Shown: positions 36,662 to 50,182 of the stretch, piece by piece
How the letters are laid out: every line of letters starts with the position of its first letter
How positions within the stretch are numbered: position 1 is the stretch's first letter
Source: Eledone cirrhosa
Taxonomy: Eukaryota
Length of the DNA: 64,000 nt
Direction: 5' to 3'
Assembly (NCBI GenBank): GCA_964016885.1
Contig: OZ024744.1
Location: 91,636,001-91,700,000, forward strand
Notes under the pieces: generated by a model
The model's database searches: none
The model's input: the letters and a program-made list of their open reading frames with translations, nothing else
What the model was told of the DNA's origin: nothing
Program-made: the position numbers and the translations under genes

Positions 36662-36963
36662 AATATATAAACAACCATCTGGTTGTGGAACCAACCAACC
36701 GGAAATTTATAAATTCCTAAATTTATAAATTTATTATAATAAATTGAAGTGAAAGCAACTGGTGCGAGTGTTTCTTATTGGCAACATGACCCTCCCAAAG
36801 TATAACAATATATATATATATATATGTATGTATTAGAAAGTGAGGTTTTTTTACAAAATGAAAAAAAGCCGAGGTGTCCTACACGAGTGAAAGTATAAGG
36901 AAAAAAGATAAAATCAAAAATGCAACTGGAGTCTTTTTTATATAAAATATATATTTATTTGGT

Positions 36964-37000
36964 TCCCTTACCGGTTTCGCAGTTCTGCTTTTCAAGAGTA
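36964..37000 (-). ncRNA. Degenerate hammerhead-like motif
   Basis: Minus strand: ctc TTGAAAA gcag-aa-ctgc GAAA ccgg TA aggg; two core substitutions. Confidence 0.45.
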
Positions 37001-37135
37001 GAATTGAGATGGAGGGTTTGTGCTTTTTCTCATATATATATATATACGAGCAAGACATAGTCACCCAACCAATCTTGCCTCAAGTAGGACAATTCTCATC
37101 TAAACCCATGCTAGCGTGGAAGATAGACGTTAAAC

Positions 37136-37171
<36 letters not shown>

Positions 37172-37334
37172 ATATATATATTGTATAATAACGGAGTAAA
37201 GGATATATATATATATATGTATGTATAGTAGGTGGTTCAGTGAAATATGGGTGTTGGTACCACAGCAAGCACTCTATGCAGAGGCAGAGTGCATATATTA
37301 GACAAAATGAGAAAGTTTTGTTTACATATATAAG

Positions 37335-37671
37335 GAGGCACATGGCATTGGGCTTGCAATTGAAAGGTTGTGAGTTCAATTCTCGGACCGGGTGATGTGT
37401 TGTTTCCTTGAGCAAGACACTTTATTTCACATTGCTCCAGTTTACTCAGCTGTAGAAATGAGATGATAGGACTGGGGTCCCTATCATTCCACTGTAAAGT
37501 GGTCGTGGAGGTGCCACGGCAAAAAAATCACCCAGCCCACACTGTAAATGAGGTTGGTGTTAGGAAGGACATCCAGCTGTAGAAATCAAGCCAGAATCAG
37601 TTCCCGTCGCACCCTTGCAAGCAGGGAAAAAGCAGACGTAAAATGATGATGATGATGATGATGATGATGAT
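37335..37671 (+). mobile_element. Family-A SINE
   Basis: Consensus match, (atg)n tail. Confidence 0.9.
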
Positions 37672-37695
37672 ATAAGATATTTATTGTCACATCGC

Positions 37696-37778
37696 CAGTT
37701 TGAAGAGCATATTAATAATGGAATCAGGTCCATAACTCCTATAGGTGACCTAGAGCCAATCCTCTGTGAAACGTACTG
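37696..37778 (+). ncRNA. Degenerate hammerhead-like motif with long helix II region
   Basis: cag t TTGAAGA gcat...ctgt GAAA cg TA ctg. Confidence 0.4.
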
Positions 37779-37964
37779 AACGGATGGATGCACACTAAAT
37801 ACTATATAAATGTAAACAAAACTTCCTCGTTTTTTTCTAATATATATATATATGTGTGTGTGTGTATATATATACATAAATATATACATTCATTCATTTT
37901 ATTAAGGCTAAATAGTGAGTCTTGTTACTCTGGAGTTTTGCCAGCTTATCACAAGGTCATCAGA

Positions 37965-38640
37965 CATAACACAAACATACACATTCACATTCATATATAC
38001 ATACATCCACATTTATATGCATGCATACACACACATATATATACATACATCCACATTTATATGCATGCATACACACACACATATATATACATACATACAC
38101 ATTTATATGCATGCATACACACACATATATATACATACATACACATTTATATGCATACATACACATATACATACATACATACATACACATTTATATGCAT
38201 GCATACACACACATATATATACATACATACACATTCATATGCTTGCATACACACATATATATACATACATACATACATACACATTTATATGCATGCATAC
38301 ATACACACATATATATACACATACATCACACAACAAATACACATATACACACACAATTACATACATATATAGATACATACATACATGCATACATAGATAC
38401 GTACATATATATACATACATACTTACCTATCTACCTACCTACCTACATACATACATACATACATACATACATACATACATACATACATACATACATACTT
38501 ACATACACGTATACATACATACATACATACATGCATGTATGTGTGTAGGTAAGAATATATGTATGTGCTGTTGTATGTATGTGTGTATGTATGTATGTAT
38601 GTGTGTATGTAACTGAATGTATGTATGTGCTTCTGTATGT
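37965..38640. repeat. (CATA/CA)n-derived ~42-bp minisatellite
   Basis: cacatttatatgcatgcatacacacac repeated. Confidence 0.9.
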
Positions 38641-38749
38641 CTATCTTTGGGAAATACATGAACATCACCACATCCTCATGACTGCATATGATTCCATATA
38701 GAGATTATGCCATTCATATAATAGAACAAAAGCTCATTGTTTCCTCCCA

Positions 38750-39051
38750 TTGCCACACCACCACCACCACCACCATATCACCACCATATCACCACCACCA
38801 CCACCACCACCACCATAACTCCACCACCACAACTACCATCATTATCTCTACACCACCACCACCAACATTCCACCTCTACCACCATCACTTTCATTCTTTC
38901 ATCTCCACACCCATTCCGCCACCACCAATGCCATCACCACCATCAGCAGCACTAATACCACCCCAACAAGGCCTATTCCACTAACACCACCACCACCACT
39001 ACACAACCAACAACTACAACACTCCTCCACCACAAACATTCCAGCACCAGC

Positions 39052-39084
<33 letters not shown>

Positions 39085-41702
39085 ACCACTACCACCAACA
39101 CCAACCAATAACACCAGCACCACCACCACCACTACCACCACCACTACCATCACCACTACCACCATCACCACCACCACCATCACCACTACCACCATCACCA
39201 ACACCAACCAATAACACCACCATCACCACCACCACCACCAAGGCTACCACCAACACCAACCAATAACACCAGCACCACCACCACTACCACCACCACCACC
39301 ACAACTACCACCACCACCACCATCACCAAGGCTACCACAAACACCAACCAATAACACCAGCACCACCACCACTACCATCACCACCACCACCATCACCACT
39401 ACCACCACCATCATCACCACCACTACCACCACCACCACCATGGCTACCACCATCACCAACACTACCACCACCACCACCATGGCTACCACCATCACCAACA
39501 CTAACCGATAACACCAGCACCACCACCACCACTACCACCACCACTACCATCACCACTACCACCATCACCACCACCACCATCACCACTACCACCATCACCA
39601 ACACCAACCAATAACACCACCATCACCACCACCACCACCAAGGCTACCACCAACACCAACCAATAACACCAGCACCACCACCACTACCACCACCACCACC
39701 ACAACTACCACCACCACCACCATCACCAAGGCTACCACAAACACCAACCAATAACACCAGCACCACCACCACTACCATCACCACCACCACCATCACCACT
39801 ACCACCACCATCATCACCACCACTACCACCACCACCACCATGGCTACCACCATCACCAACACTAACCGATAACACCAGCACCACCATCACCACTACCACC
39901 ACCACCATCACCTCTACCACCATCACCAACACAAACACCAACCAATAACACCAGCACCACCATCACTACTACCACCACCACCAGCACCACAACCACCATC
40001 ACCAACACAAACACCAACCAATAACAACAGCACAACCATCTCCACCATCACCACCACCACCAAGGCTACCACCATCACCAACAACAACCAATAACACCAC
40101 CACCACCACCACCAAGGCTACCACCAACACCAACCAATAACACCATCACCACCACCACCAAGGCTACCATCAACACCAACCAATAACACCACCACCACCA
40201 CCAAGGCTACCACCAACACCAACCAATAACACCAGCACCACCACCAGCACCAAGGCTACCACCAACACCAACCAATAACACCACCACTACCTCCACCACC
40301 ACCACCACCAACACCACTACCACCACCACTACCAATACCACCATCACTACTACTACCAACACCACCATCAAGAACAACACCAACACCACAACCACTACCA
40401 CTACCATCACCACCACCACCACTATTCTACCACCACCGTTCTACCACTACCACCACCACTACTACCACCAACATTCTACCACTACCACCACCAACACCAC
40501 TATTCCACCACCACCTCCACCACCACTATTCTACCATCACCACCACCACTATTCCACCACCATCTCCACCACCACTATTCTACCACAACCACCACCACTA
40601 TTCGACCACCACCTCCACCACTACTATTCTACCACCACCACCAACACTATTCTACCATCACCACCACCACCGTTCTATCACTACCACCACCACCACCAAC
40701 ATTCTACCACTACCACCACCACCACTATTCTACCACCACCTCCACCACCACTATTCTACCACCACCACCACCACCACCACCACCACCACCTCCACCACCA
40801 CCACCACTATTCTACCATCACCACTACCACTATTCCACCACCACCACCACCACCACTATCTACCATCACCACCACCACTATTCGACCACCACATCCACCA
40901 CTACTATTCTACCACCACCACCAACACTATTCTACCACCACCACCACCACTACCACCACCAACATTCTACCACTACCACCACCACCACCAACATTCTACC
41001 ACCACCACCACCACCACTATTCTACCACTACCACCACCACCACCACCACCACCACCACCACCTCCACCACCACCTCCACCACCACCACCACCACTATTCT
41101 ACCATCACCACCACCAACATTCTACCACTACCACCACCACCACTATTCTACCACCACCTCCACCACCACTATTCTACCACCACCACCACCACCTCCACCA
41201 CCACCACCACCACCACTATTCTACCACTACCACCACCACCACCACCGCCACCACCTCCACCACCACCACCACTATCTACCATCACCACCACCATTATTCC
41301 ACCACCACATCCACCACTACTATTCTACCACCACCACCAACACTATTCTACCATCACCACCACCACTACTACCACCACCAACATTCTACCACTACCACCA
41401 CCACCACCAACATTCTACCACTACCACCACCACCACTATTCTACCACCACCTCCACCACCACCATTCTACCACCACCACCACCACCACCACCTCCACCAC
41501 CACCACCACCACCACCACCACCACTATTCTACCACCACCGTTCTACCACTACCACCGCCACCACTATTCTACCACCACCTCCGCCACCACTATTCTACCA
41601 CCACCACCACCACCTCCACTATTCTACCACCACCACCACCACCACCTCCACTATTCTACCACCACCACCACCACCACCATTCTACCGCCACCGCCGCCAT
41701 CA
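38750..41702. repeat. (CAC)n-derived low-complexity tract with a 400-bp higher-order duplication
   Basis: Blocks at 39244 and 39644 are identical at a 400-bp offset; later units carry a ctattcta anchor. Confidence 0.95.
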
Positions 41703-41856
41703 CAGTCCATTTCCCCCCTCTGCCACACTACATCCTAGTAGGGTGTAAAGGAGGAGTAGGAGGTGGAGGAGGAGTCCAATAGGTAGTAAGTGACTATGTC
41801 AGAGATGGATGACGATGGCAGGAGTTTAAAGCTATTTTCATTAACTGACCTCTAAG

Positions 41857-44800
41857 TGGTTATGCTTACATGCACACGTCAATATGTTCTCTCTCTCTCT
41901 CTGTGTGGTTATGTGTATATATATGTGTGTGTGTGTGTGTTATGCACACGTCAATATGTTCTCTCTCTCTCTCTCTGTGTGGTTATGTGTATATATGTAT
42001 GTGTGTGTGTGTTATGCACACGTCAATATGTTCTCTCTCTCTCTGTGGTTATGTGTATATATATGTGTGTGTGTGTTATGCACACGTCAATATGTTCTCT
42101 CTCTCTCTCTCTCTCTGTGGTTATGTGTATATATGTGTGTGTGTGTGTATATATGCACACGTCAATATGTTCTCTCTCTCTCTCTGTGGTTATGTGTATA
42201 TATGTGTGTGTGTGTGTGTGTTATGCACACGTCAATATGTTCTCTCTCTCTCTGTGTGGTTATGTGTATATATGTATGTATGTGTGTGTTATGCACACGT
42301 CAATATGTTCTCTCTCTCTCTCTCTGTGGTTATGTGTATATATATGTGTGTGTTTATGTATGTGTGTGTTATGCACACGTCAATATGTTCTCTCTCTCTC
42401 TCTCTGTGGTTATGTGTATATATGTGTGTGTGTTTATGTATGTGTGTATATATGTATGTGTGTATATATGTATGTGTGTATATATGTATGTGTGTGTGTG
42501 TTTATGTATGTGTGTGTGTGTTTATGTATGTGTGTGTATATGTATGTGTGTGTGTGTTTATGTATGTGTGTGTTATGCACACGTCAATATGTTCTCTCTC
42601 TCTCTGTGTGGTTATGTGTATATATGTGTGTGTGTGTGTGTTTATGTAGGTGTGTGTGTGTTTATGTGTGTGTGTTTATGTATGTGTGTGTGTGTGTTTA
42701 TGTATGTGTGTGTTATGCACACGTCAATATGTTCTCTCTCTCTCTGTGTGGTTATGTGTATATATGTGTGTGTGTGTGTGTTTATGTAGGTGTGTGTGTG
42801 TTTATGTGTGTGTGTTTATGTATGTGTATGTGTGTTTATGAATGTGTGTGTTATGCACACGTCAATATGTTCTCTCTGTGTGGTTATGTGTATATATGTA
42901 TGTGTGTATATATGTATGTGTGTGTGTGTTTATGTATGTGTGTGTGTGTTTATGTATGTGTGTGTTATGCACACGTCAATATATTCTCTCTGTGTGGTTA
43001 TGTGTATATATGTATGTGTGTGTGTGTGTGTATATATGTATGTGTGTGTTATGCACACGTCAATATGTTCTCTCTCTCTCTCTCTCTGTGGTTATGTGTA
43101 TATATGTATGTGTGTGTGTTTATGTATGTGTGTGTATATATGTATGTGTGTGTGTGTTTATGTATGTATGTGTGTGTTTATGTATGTGTGTGTTATGCAC
43201 ACGTCAATATGTTCTCTCTCTCTCTCTGTGGTTATGTGTATATATGTGTGTGTGTGTGTGTTTATGTATGTGTGTGTGTGTTTATGTATGTGTGTGTTAT
43301 GCACACGTCAATATGTCCTCTCTCTGTGTGGTTATCTGTATATATGTGTGTGTGTGTGTGTGTGTGTTTATGTATGTGTGTGTTTGTCTGTGTTTATGTG
43401 ATTATGTGTACATATGTATGCGTGTGTGTTTATGTTTGTGTGTGTTTGTGTGGGTGTGATTATGTGTATATATGTGTGCATGTGTGCGTTTGTGTGTGTT
43501 TGTGTATGTGTTTTTATGTGTGGGTTTGTATATATATGTGTATAATGTGTGCATGTTTGTGTGTGTGTTTATGTATGTGTGTTTATGTGTGGTTATGTGT
43601 ATATATGTGTGCATGTGTGTGTGTGTTTATGTCTGTCTGTGTATATGTGTGTGTGTGTTTATGTGTGTATATATGTGTGCATGTGTGTTTGTGTGTGTGT
43701 TTATGTTTGTGTGTGTTTATGTTTGGTTGTGTGTATATATGTGTGTGTGTTTATGTTTGTGTGTGTTTATGTGTGGTTATTTGTATATATGTGAGCATGT
43801 GTGTGTGCGTGTGTGTTTGTGTGTGTGTTTATGTGTGGTTATGTGTATATATGTGTGCATGTGTGTGTGCGAGTGTGTGTGTTTGTGCGTGTGTGTGTTT
43901 GTGTGTGGTTATGTGTATTTGTGTATGTGTGTGTTTATGTGTGGGTTTGTATATATGTGTGGGTTTGTATATGTGTAAGTGTATGTATGTGTGTAAGTGG
44001 TTCTGTTTGTGTGTTTATATGTGTGTTGTGTGTGTGTCTATGCGTTTGTGTGTATATATATATATATATGTGTGTGTGTATATGTGTTTACATGTGTATA
44101 TGTGTGTGTGTGTATTTGGTTGTGTTTGTGTGTGATAGTGTGTTTGTATTTATATATGTGTATATGTATATATATATGTGTTTGCGTTTATGTGTGTATG
44201 TGTGTATGGGTTTGTATGTATGTGTGTGTTTGTGTGTGTATGAATGTTTGTGAGTATATGTTGTTTGGTATATGTGTGTGTGCATATGTTGTTTGGTATG
44301 TGTGTGTGTTTGTATCTGTATGTGTGTGTATATGTTGTTTGGTATGTGTGTGTGTTTGTGTCTGTATGTGTGTGTATATGTTGTTTGGTATGTGTGTGTG
44401 TTTGTGTCTGTATGTGTGTGTTAGTGTGTGTATGTGTGTGTTTGTTTGTGTATGTATGTATGTGTGCATCTATGTGTTTGGTATGTGTGTGTGTGTGTGT
44501 TTGGTATGTATATGTATTTGTGTCTGTATGTGTGTGTATGTGTGTGTTTGGTATGTATATGTATTTGTGTCTGTATGTGTGTGTATGTGTGTGTGTTTGG
44601 TATGTATATGTATTTGTGTCTGTATGTGTGTGTATGTGTGTGTGTTTGGTATGTATATGTATGTGTGTCTGTATGTGTGTGTATGTGTGTGTTTGGTATG
44701 TATATGTATTTGTGTCTGTATGTGTGTGTATGTGTGTGTGTTTGGTATGTATATGTATTTGTGTCTGTATGTGTGTGTATGTGTGTGTGTTTGGTATGTA

Positions 44801-44880
44801 TATGTATGTGTGTCTGTATGTGTGTGTATGTGTGTGTTTGGTATGTATATGTATTTGTGTCTGTATGTGTGTGTATGTGC
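41857..44880. repeat. Compound (CT)/(GT) minisatellite with ATGCACACGTCAATATGTT anchor (41857-43340), then degenerate (GT)n
   Basis: Anchor repeated about 17 times with variable microsatellite spacers. Confidence 0.92.
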
Positions 44881-44899
44881 AGATATATCATCATCATAT

Positions 44900-47800
44900 A
44901 TAAAGGTAAAGACCCTACTTTGGTCACGAATGACCATGTGATTTGCACCTAGAAAGTTGCCCTCCAAGGTACAAATCTGGGCAAGTTTGTTTGTAGAAGA
45001 CCAGCAGTCACCCATGTATACAGTCTCCCCTCTCCATACCACTGATGTTGTCCAGGGGAAAGGCTATGGCTGATACAGCTTGGCACCAGTGACATGACAA
45101 CATATATATATATATACACATTATATATATACTATATATGATGTCCAGGGGAAAGGCTATGGCTGATACAGCTTGGCACCAGAGACATGACAACATATAT
45201 ATATATATATACACATTATATATATACTATATATGATGTCCAGGGGAAAGGCTATGGCTGATACAGCTTGGCACCAGTGACATGACAACATATATATATA
45301 TATACACATTATATATATACTATATATGATGTCCAGGGGAAAGGCTATGGCTGATACAGCTTGGCACCAGTGACATGACAACATATATATATATACATTA
45401 TATATATACTATATATGATGTCCAAGGGAAAGGCTATGGCTGATACAGCTTGGCACCAGTGACATGACAACATATATATATATATATATACATTATATAT
45501 ATACTATATATGATGTCCAGGGGAAAGGCTATGGCTGATACAGCTTGGCACCAGTGACATGACAACATATATATATATATATATACATTATATATATACT
45601 ATATATGATGTCCAGGGGAAAGGCTATGGCTGATACAGCTTGGCACCAGTGACATGACAACATATATATATATATATATACATTATATATATACTATATA
45701 TGATGTCCAAGGGAAAGGCTATGGCTGATACAGCTTGGCACCAGTGACATGACAACATATATATATATATATATACATTATATATATACTATATATGATG
45801 TCCAGGGGAAAGGCTATGGCTGATACAGCTTGGCACCAGTGACATGACAACATATATATATATATATATACATTATATATATACTATATATGATGTCCAG
45901 GGGAAAGGCAATGGCTGATACAGCTTGGCACCAGTGACGTGACAACATATATATATATATATATATATACACATTATATATATACTATATATGATGTCCA
46001 AGGGAAAGGCTATGGCTGATACAGCTTGGCACCAGTGACATGACAACATATATATATATATATACACATTATATATATACTATATATGATGTCCAAGGGA
46101 AAGGCTATGGCTGATACAGCTTGGCACCAGTGACATGACAACATATATATATATATATATACATTATATATATACTATATATGATGTCCAGGGGAAAGGC
46201 TATGGCTGATACAGCTTGGTACCAGTGACATGACAACATATATATATATACACATTATATATATACTATATATGATGTCCAGGGGAAAGGCAATGGCTGA
46301 TACAGCTTGGCACCAGTGACATGACAACATATATATATATATATACACATTATATATATACTATATATGATGTCCAGGGGAAAGGCTATGGCTGATACAG
46401 CTTGGCACCAGTGACATGACAACATATATATATATATATATATACATTATATATATACTATATATGATGTCCAAGGGAAAGGCTATGGCTGATACAGCTT
46501 GGCACCAGTGACATGACAACATATATATATATATATACATTATATATATACTATATATGATGTCCAAGGGAAAGGCAATGGCTGATACAGCTTGGCACCA
46601 GTGACATGACAACATATATATATATATACACATTATATATATACTATATATGATGTCCAGGGGAAAGGCTATGGCTGATACAGCTTGGCACCAGTGACAT
46701 GACAACATATATATATATATATACATTATATATATACTATATATGATGTCCAGGGGAAAGGCTATGGCTGATACAGCTTGGCACCAGTGACATGACAACA
46801 TATATATATATATACATTATATATATACTATATATGATGTCCAAGGGAAAGGCAATGGCTGATACAGCTTGGCACCAGAGACATGACAACATATATATAT
46901 ATATATACATTATATATATACTATATATGATGTCCAGGGGAAAGGCTATGGCTGATACAGCTTGGCACCAGTGACGTGACAACATATATATATATATATA
47001 TATATACACATTATATATATACTATATATGATGTCCAGGGGAAAGGCTATGGCTGATACAGCTTGGCACCAGTGACATGACAACATATATATATATATAT
47101 ACATTATATATATACTATATATGATGTCCAAGGGAAAGGCAATGGCTGATACAGCTTGGCACCAGTGACATGACAACATATATATATATATATATATACA
47201 TTATATATATACTATATATGATGTCCAGGGGAAAGGCTATGGCTGATACAGCTTGGCACCAGTGACATGACAACATATATATATATATATACATTATATA
47301 TATACTATATATGATGTCCAGGGGAAAGGCTATGGCTGATACAGCTTGGCACCAGTGACGTGACAACATATATATATATATATATATATACACATTATAT
47401 ATATACTATATATGATGTCCAGGGGAAAGGCTATGGCTGATACAGCTTGGCACCAGTGACATGACAACATATATATATATATATACACATTATATATATA
47501 CTATATATGATGTCCAGGGGAAAGGCTATGGCTGATACAGCTTGGCACCAGTGACATGACAACATATATATATATATATACATTATATATATACTATATA
47601 TGATGTCCAGGGGAAAGGCTATGGCTGATACAGCTTGGCACCAGTGACGTGACAACATATATATATATATATATATATACACATTATATATATACTATAT
47701 ATGATGTCCAGGGGAAAGGCAATGGCTGATACAGCTTGGCACCAGTGACATGACAACATATATATATATATATACACATTATATATATACTATATATGAT

Positions 47801-48735
47801 GTCCAGGGGAAAGGCTATGGCTGATACAGCTTGGCACCAGTGACATGACAACATATATATATATATATACATTATATATATACTATATATGATGTCCAGG
47901 GGAAAGGCTATGGCTGATACAGCTTGGCACCAGTGACATGACAACATATATATATATATATACACATTATATATATACTATATATGATGTCCAGGGGAAA
48001 GGCAATGGCTGATACAGCTTGGCACCAGTGACATGACAACATATATATATATATACACATTATATATATACTATATATGATGTCCAGGGGAAAGGCTATG
48101 GCTGAGACAGCTTGGCACCAGTGACATGACAACATATATATATATATATACTATATATGATGTCCAGGGGAAAGGCAATGGCTGATACAGCTTGGTACCA
48201 GTGACATGACAACATATATATATATATATACACATTATATATATACTATATATGATGTCCAGGGGAAAGGCTATGGCTGATACAGCTTGGTACCAGTGAC
48301 ATGACAACATATATATATATATATACACATTATATATATACTATATATGATGTCCAAGGGAAAGGCTATGGCTGATACAGCTTGGCACCAGTGACATGAC
48401 AACATATATATATATATATACACATTATATATATACTATATATGATGTCCAGGGGAAAGGCTATGGCTGATACAGCTTGGCACCAGTGACATGACAACAT
48501 ATATATATATATATACACATTATATATATACTATATATGATGTCCAAGGGAAAGGCTATGGCTGATACAGCTTGGCACCAGAGATATAGCAACTCAATTC
48601 TACAGCTGAGTAAAAAGAGCAACATGAAAATAAAGTGTCTTGCTCAAGAACGCAACACATCACCCGGTCCGAGAATCGAACTCACAACCCCATGATGGCA
48701 GCGCCCAACAATGCTCTAACGACTAAGCCATGTAC
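44900..48735 (-). mobile_element. Family-A-head SINE with a different tail, split by an internal satellite
   Basis: Head 48590-48735 (reverse of catggcttagtcgttagagc...cttgagcaagacactt); tail 44900-45090. Confidence 0.8.
45043..48585. repeat. ~85-bp tandem satellite, about 41 copies
   Basis: gatgtccaggggaaaggctatggctgatacagcttggcaccagtgacatgacaac(at)n cattatatatatactatatat. Confidence 0.97.
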
Positions 48736-48860
48736 TAAATATGCATATATATATATTTATATTGATATTTATTATATATGTATGTAACATATAAATATAT
48801 ATATATGCATATGTATGTGTGTGTGTGTGTGTGTGATGGGTGTGTATGTATGTGTGGGTG

Positions 48861-48893
<33 letters not shown>

Positions 48894-49043
48894 ATGCATG
48901 TGATGGATGTGTGTGTATATATATATATTAATATATATACACACACCCACACATACACACCCGTCACACGCACACAGATATATATATACACCTACACATA
49001 CACACATATCCATCACAGACACACACACACACACATATATCTA

Positions 49044-49437
49044 TGAGGTCAATCCCAAAAGTAAGGTCTCCTTCCGATATTACAACTTTCCCGTTAAAAT
49101 CCCGTGGATGGTGCTTCGGGAAACCTCAGGAACCAAAATGCAGAGATCATCCAGTGTGATCCGCCGATCTTTACGCATGTTTTCCTCGGAAGGAGACCTT
49201 ACTTTTGGGATTGCCCCCGTATATAATAACTGCACGAAATTCGCACTTGGCGGTAGCATTCAACGGGAGTTCCATTCTCAACGGTTGCCAAGCCAAGATT
49301 GAGCATCCCAGCGAAGTGCGCGCATGCTTGTTTGGGAGTGAAGGTAGCACCTATCACAACAGTGTTGCCAACAGCCGTACGAACAGTTTCTCGGCGTCCC
49401 CATCGCTTTGGAAACCTTACTTTTGGGATTACCCTCG
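49044..49437. mobile_element. Mariner-type MITE (49044-49219) plus an adjacent one-ended relative (to 49437)
   Basis: TIR gaggtcaatcccaaaagtaaggtctccttccga / tcggaaggagaccttacttttgggattgcccccg|ta; third TIR ccttacttttgggattaccctcg|ta. Confidence 0.8.
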
Positions 49438-49616
49438 TATATATATATATACATCCATACATACATGCCCATCACACACACACACATACACTCATGTGTG
49501 TGTGTGTGTATATATGAAAGCGACTGTGTAGGTATGCATATTTTCATAAATGATCAACAATTTCTATAGCACAGTTTTAAAGAATACAGACATAACATTA
49601 TCACCTCATAGTATTA

Positions 49617-50130
49617 TAAGGGTCAGCCTAAAAGTTCATAGGCTGACCAAGATACTCTCATGGAATGACCAAATGAGGTTTAATTTTCAACATAGTTCCT
49701 AGAAAGAAACAATGTACAGTTATTAATAAAAAGAGTTCAAATTAATGCATGTGAGATTTCACAGCTCTAGCATCACTCCTTTATAGGCTGACCAAGATAC
49801 TCTCATGGAATGTTCAAATGAGGTTTATTTTTCAACATAGTCCCTGAAAAGAAATAATGATTTCTTTATTGGCCAAAATAATGCAGTTATTAATAAGAAG
49901 AGTTGAAATTAATGAATTACATGCAAAGATTTCACAACACTAGCATCACTCTTTCATAGGCTGACCAAGATACTCTCATGGAATGATCAAATGTGGTTTA
50001 TTTTTCAACATAGTCCCTGGAAAGAAACAATGTAGTTATTAATAAGAAGAGTTGAAATTAATGCATGCAAGATTTCACAGCTCTAGCATCACTCCTTCAT
50101 AGTCAACATGTGAACTTTTCGGCACCTCCC
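49617..50130. mobile_element. Mariner-derived MITE with internally triplicated ~145-170-bp unit
   Basis: taggctgaccaagatactctcatggaatg at about 49639, 49784 and 49957; same family as 19880 and 53447. Confidence 0.85.
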
Positions 50131-50182
50131 TTCTCTCTCTCTCTCTCTCTCTCTGTATATAATATATAGAGATAGATAGATA

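Larger units (their letters stand above)
35775..36809. mobile_element. Large fold-back element: ~473-bp arms, 28-bp spacer, hammerhead in each arm
   Basis: 35834-36306 pairs with 36335-36809; (TA)n flanks. Confidence 0.9.

Noticed and set aside
38688-41700. Mucin-like or Gly/His-rich protein exon
   Set aside because: (CAC)n low complexity with frequent frame breaks and no clear splice boundaries
41856-44952. 759-aa and overlapping Cys/Val/Tyr-rich ORFs
   Set aside because: Translations of (GT)n/(CT)n microsatellite, open in several frames
45043-48585. CRISPR-like look (constant repeat plus spacer)
   Set aside because: Spacers are non-unique (TA)n, the repeat is SINE-derived, there are no cas genes, and the context is eukaryotic
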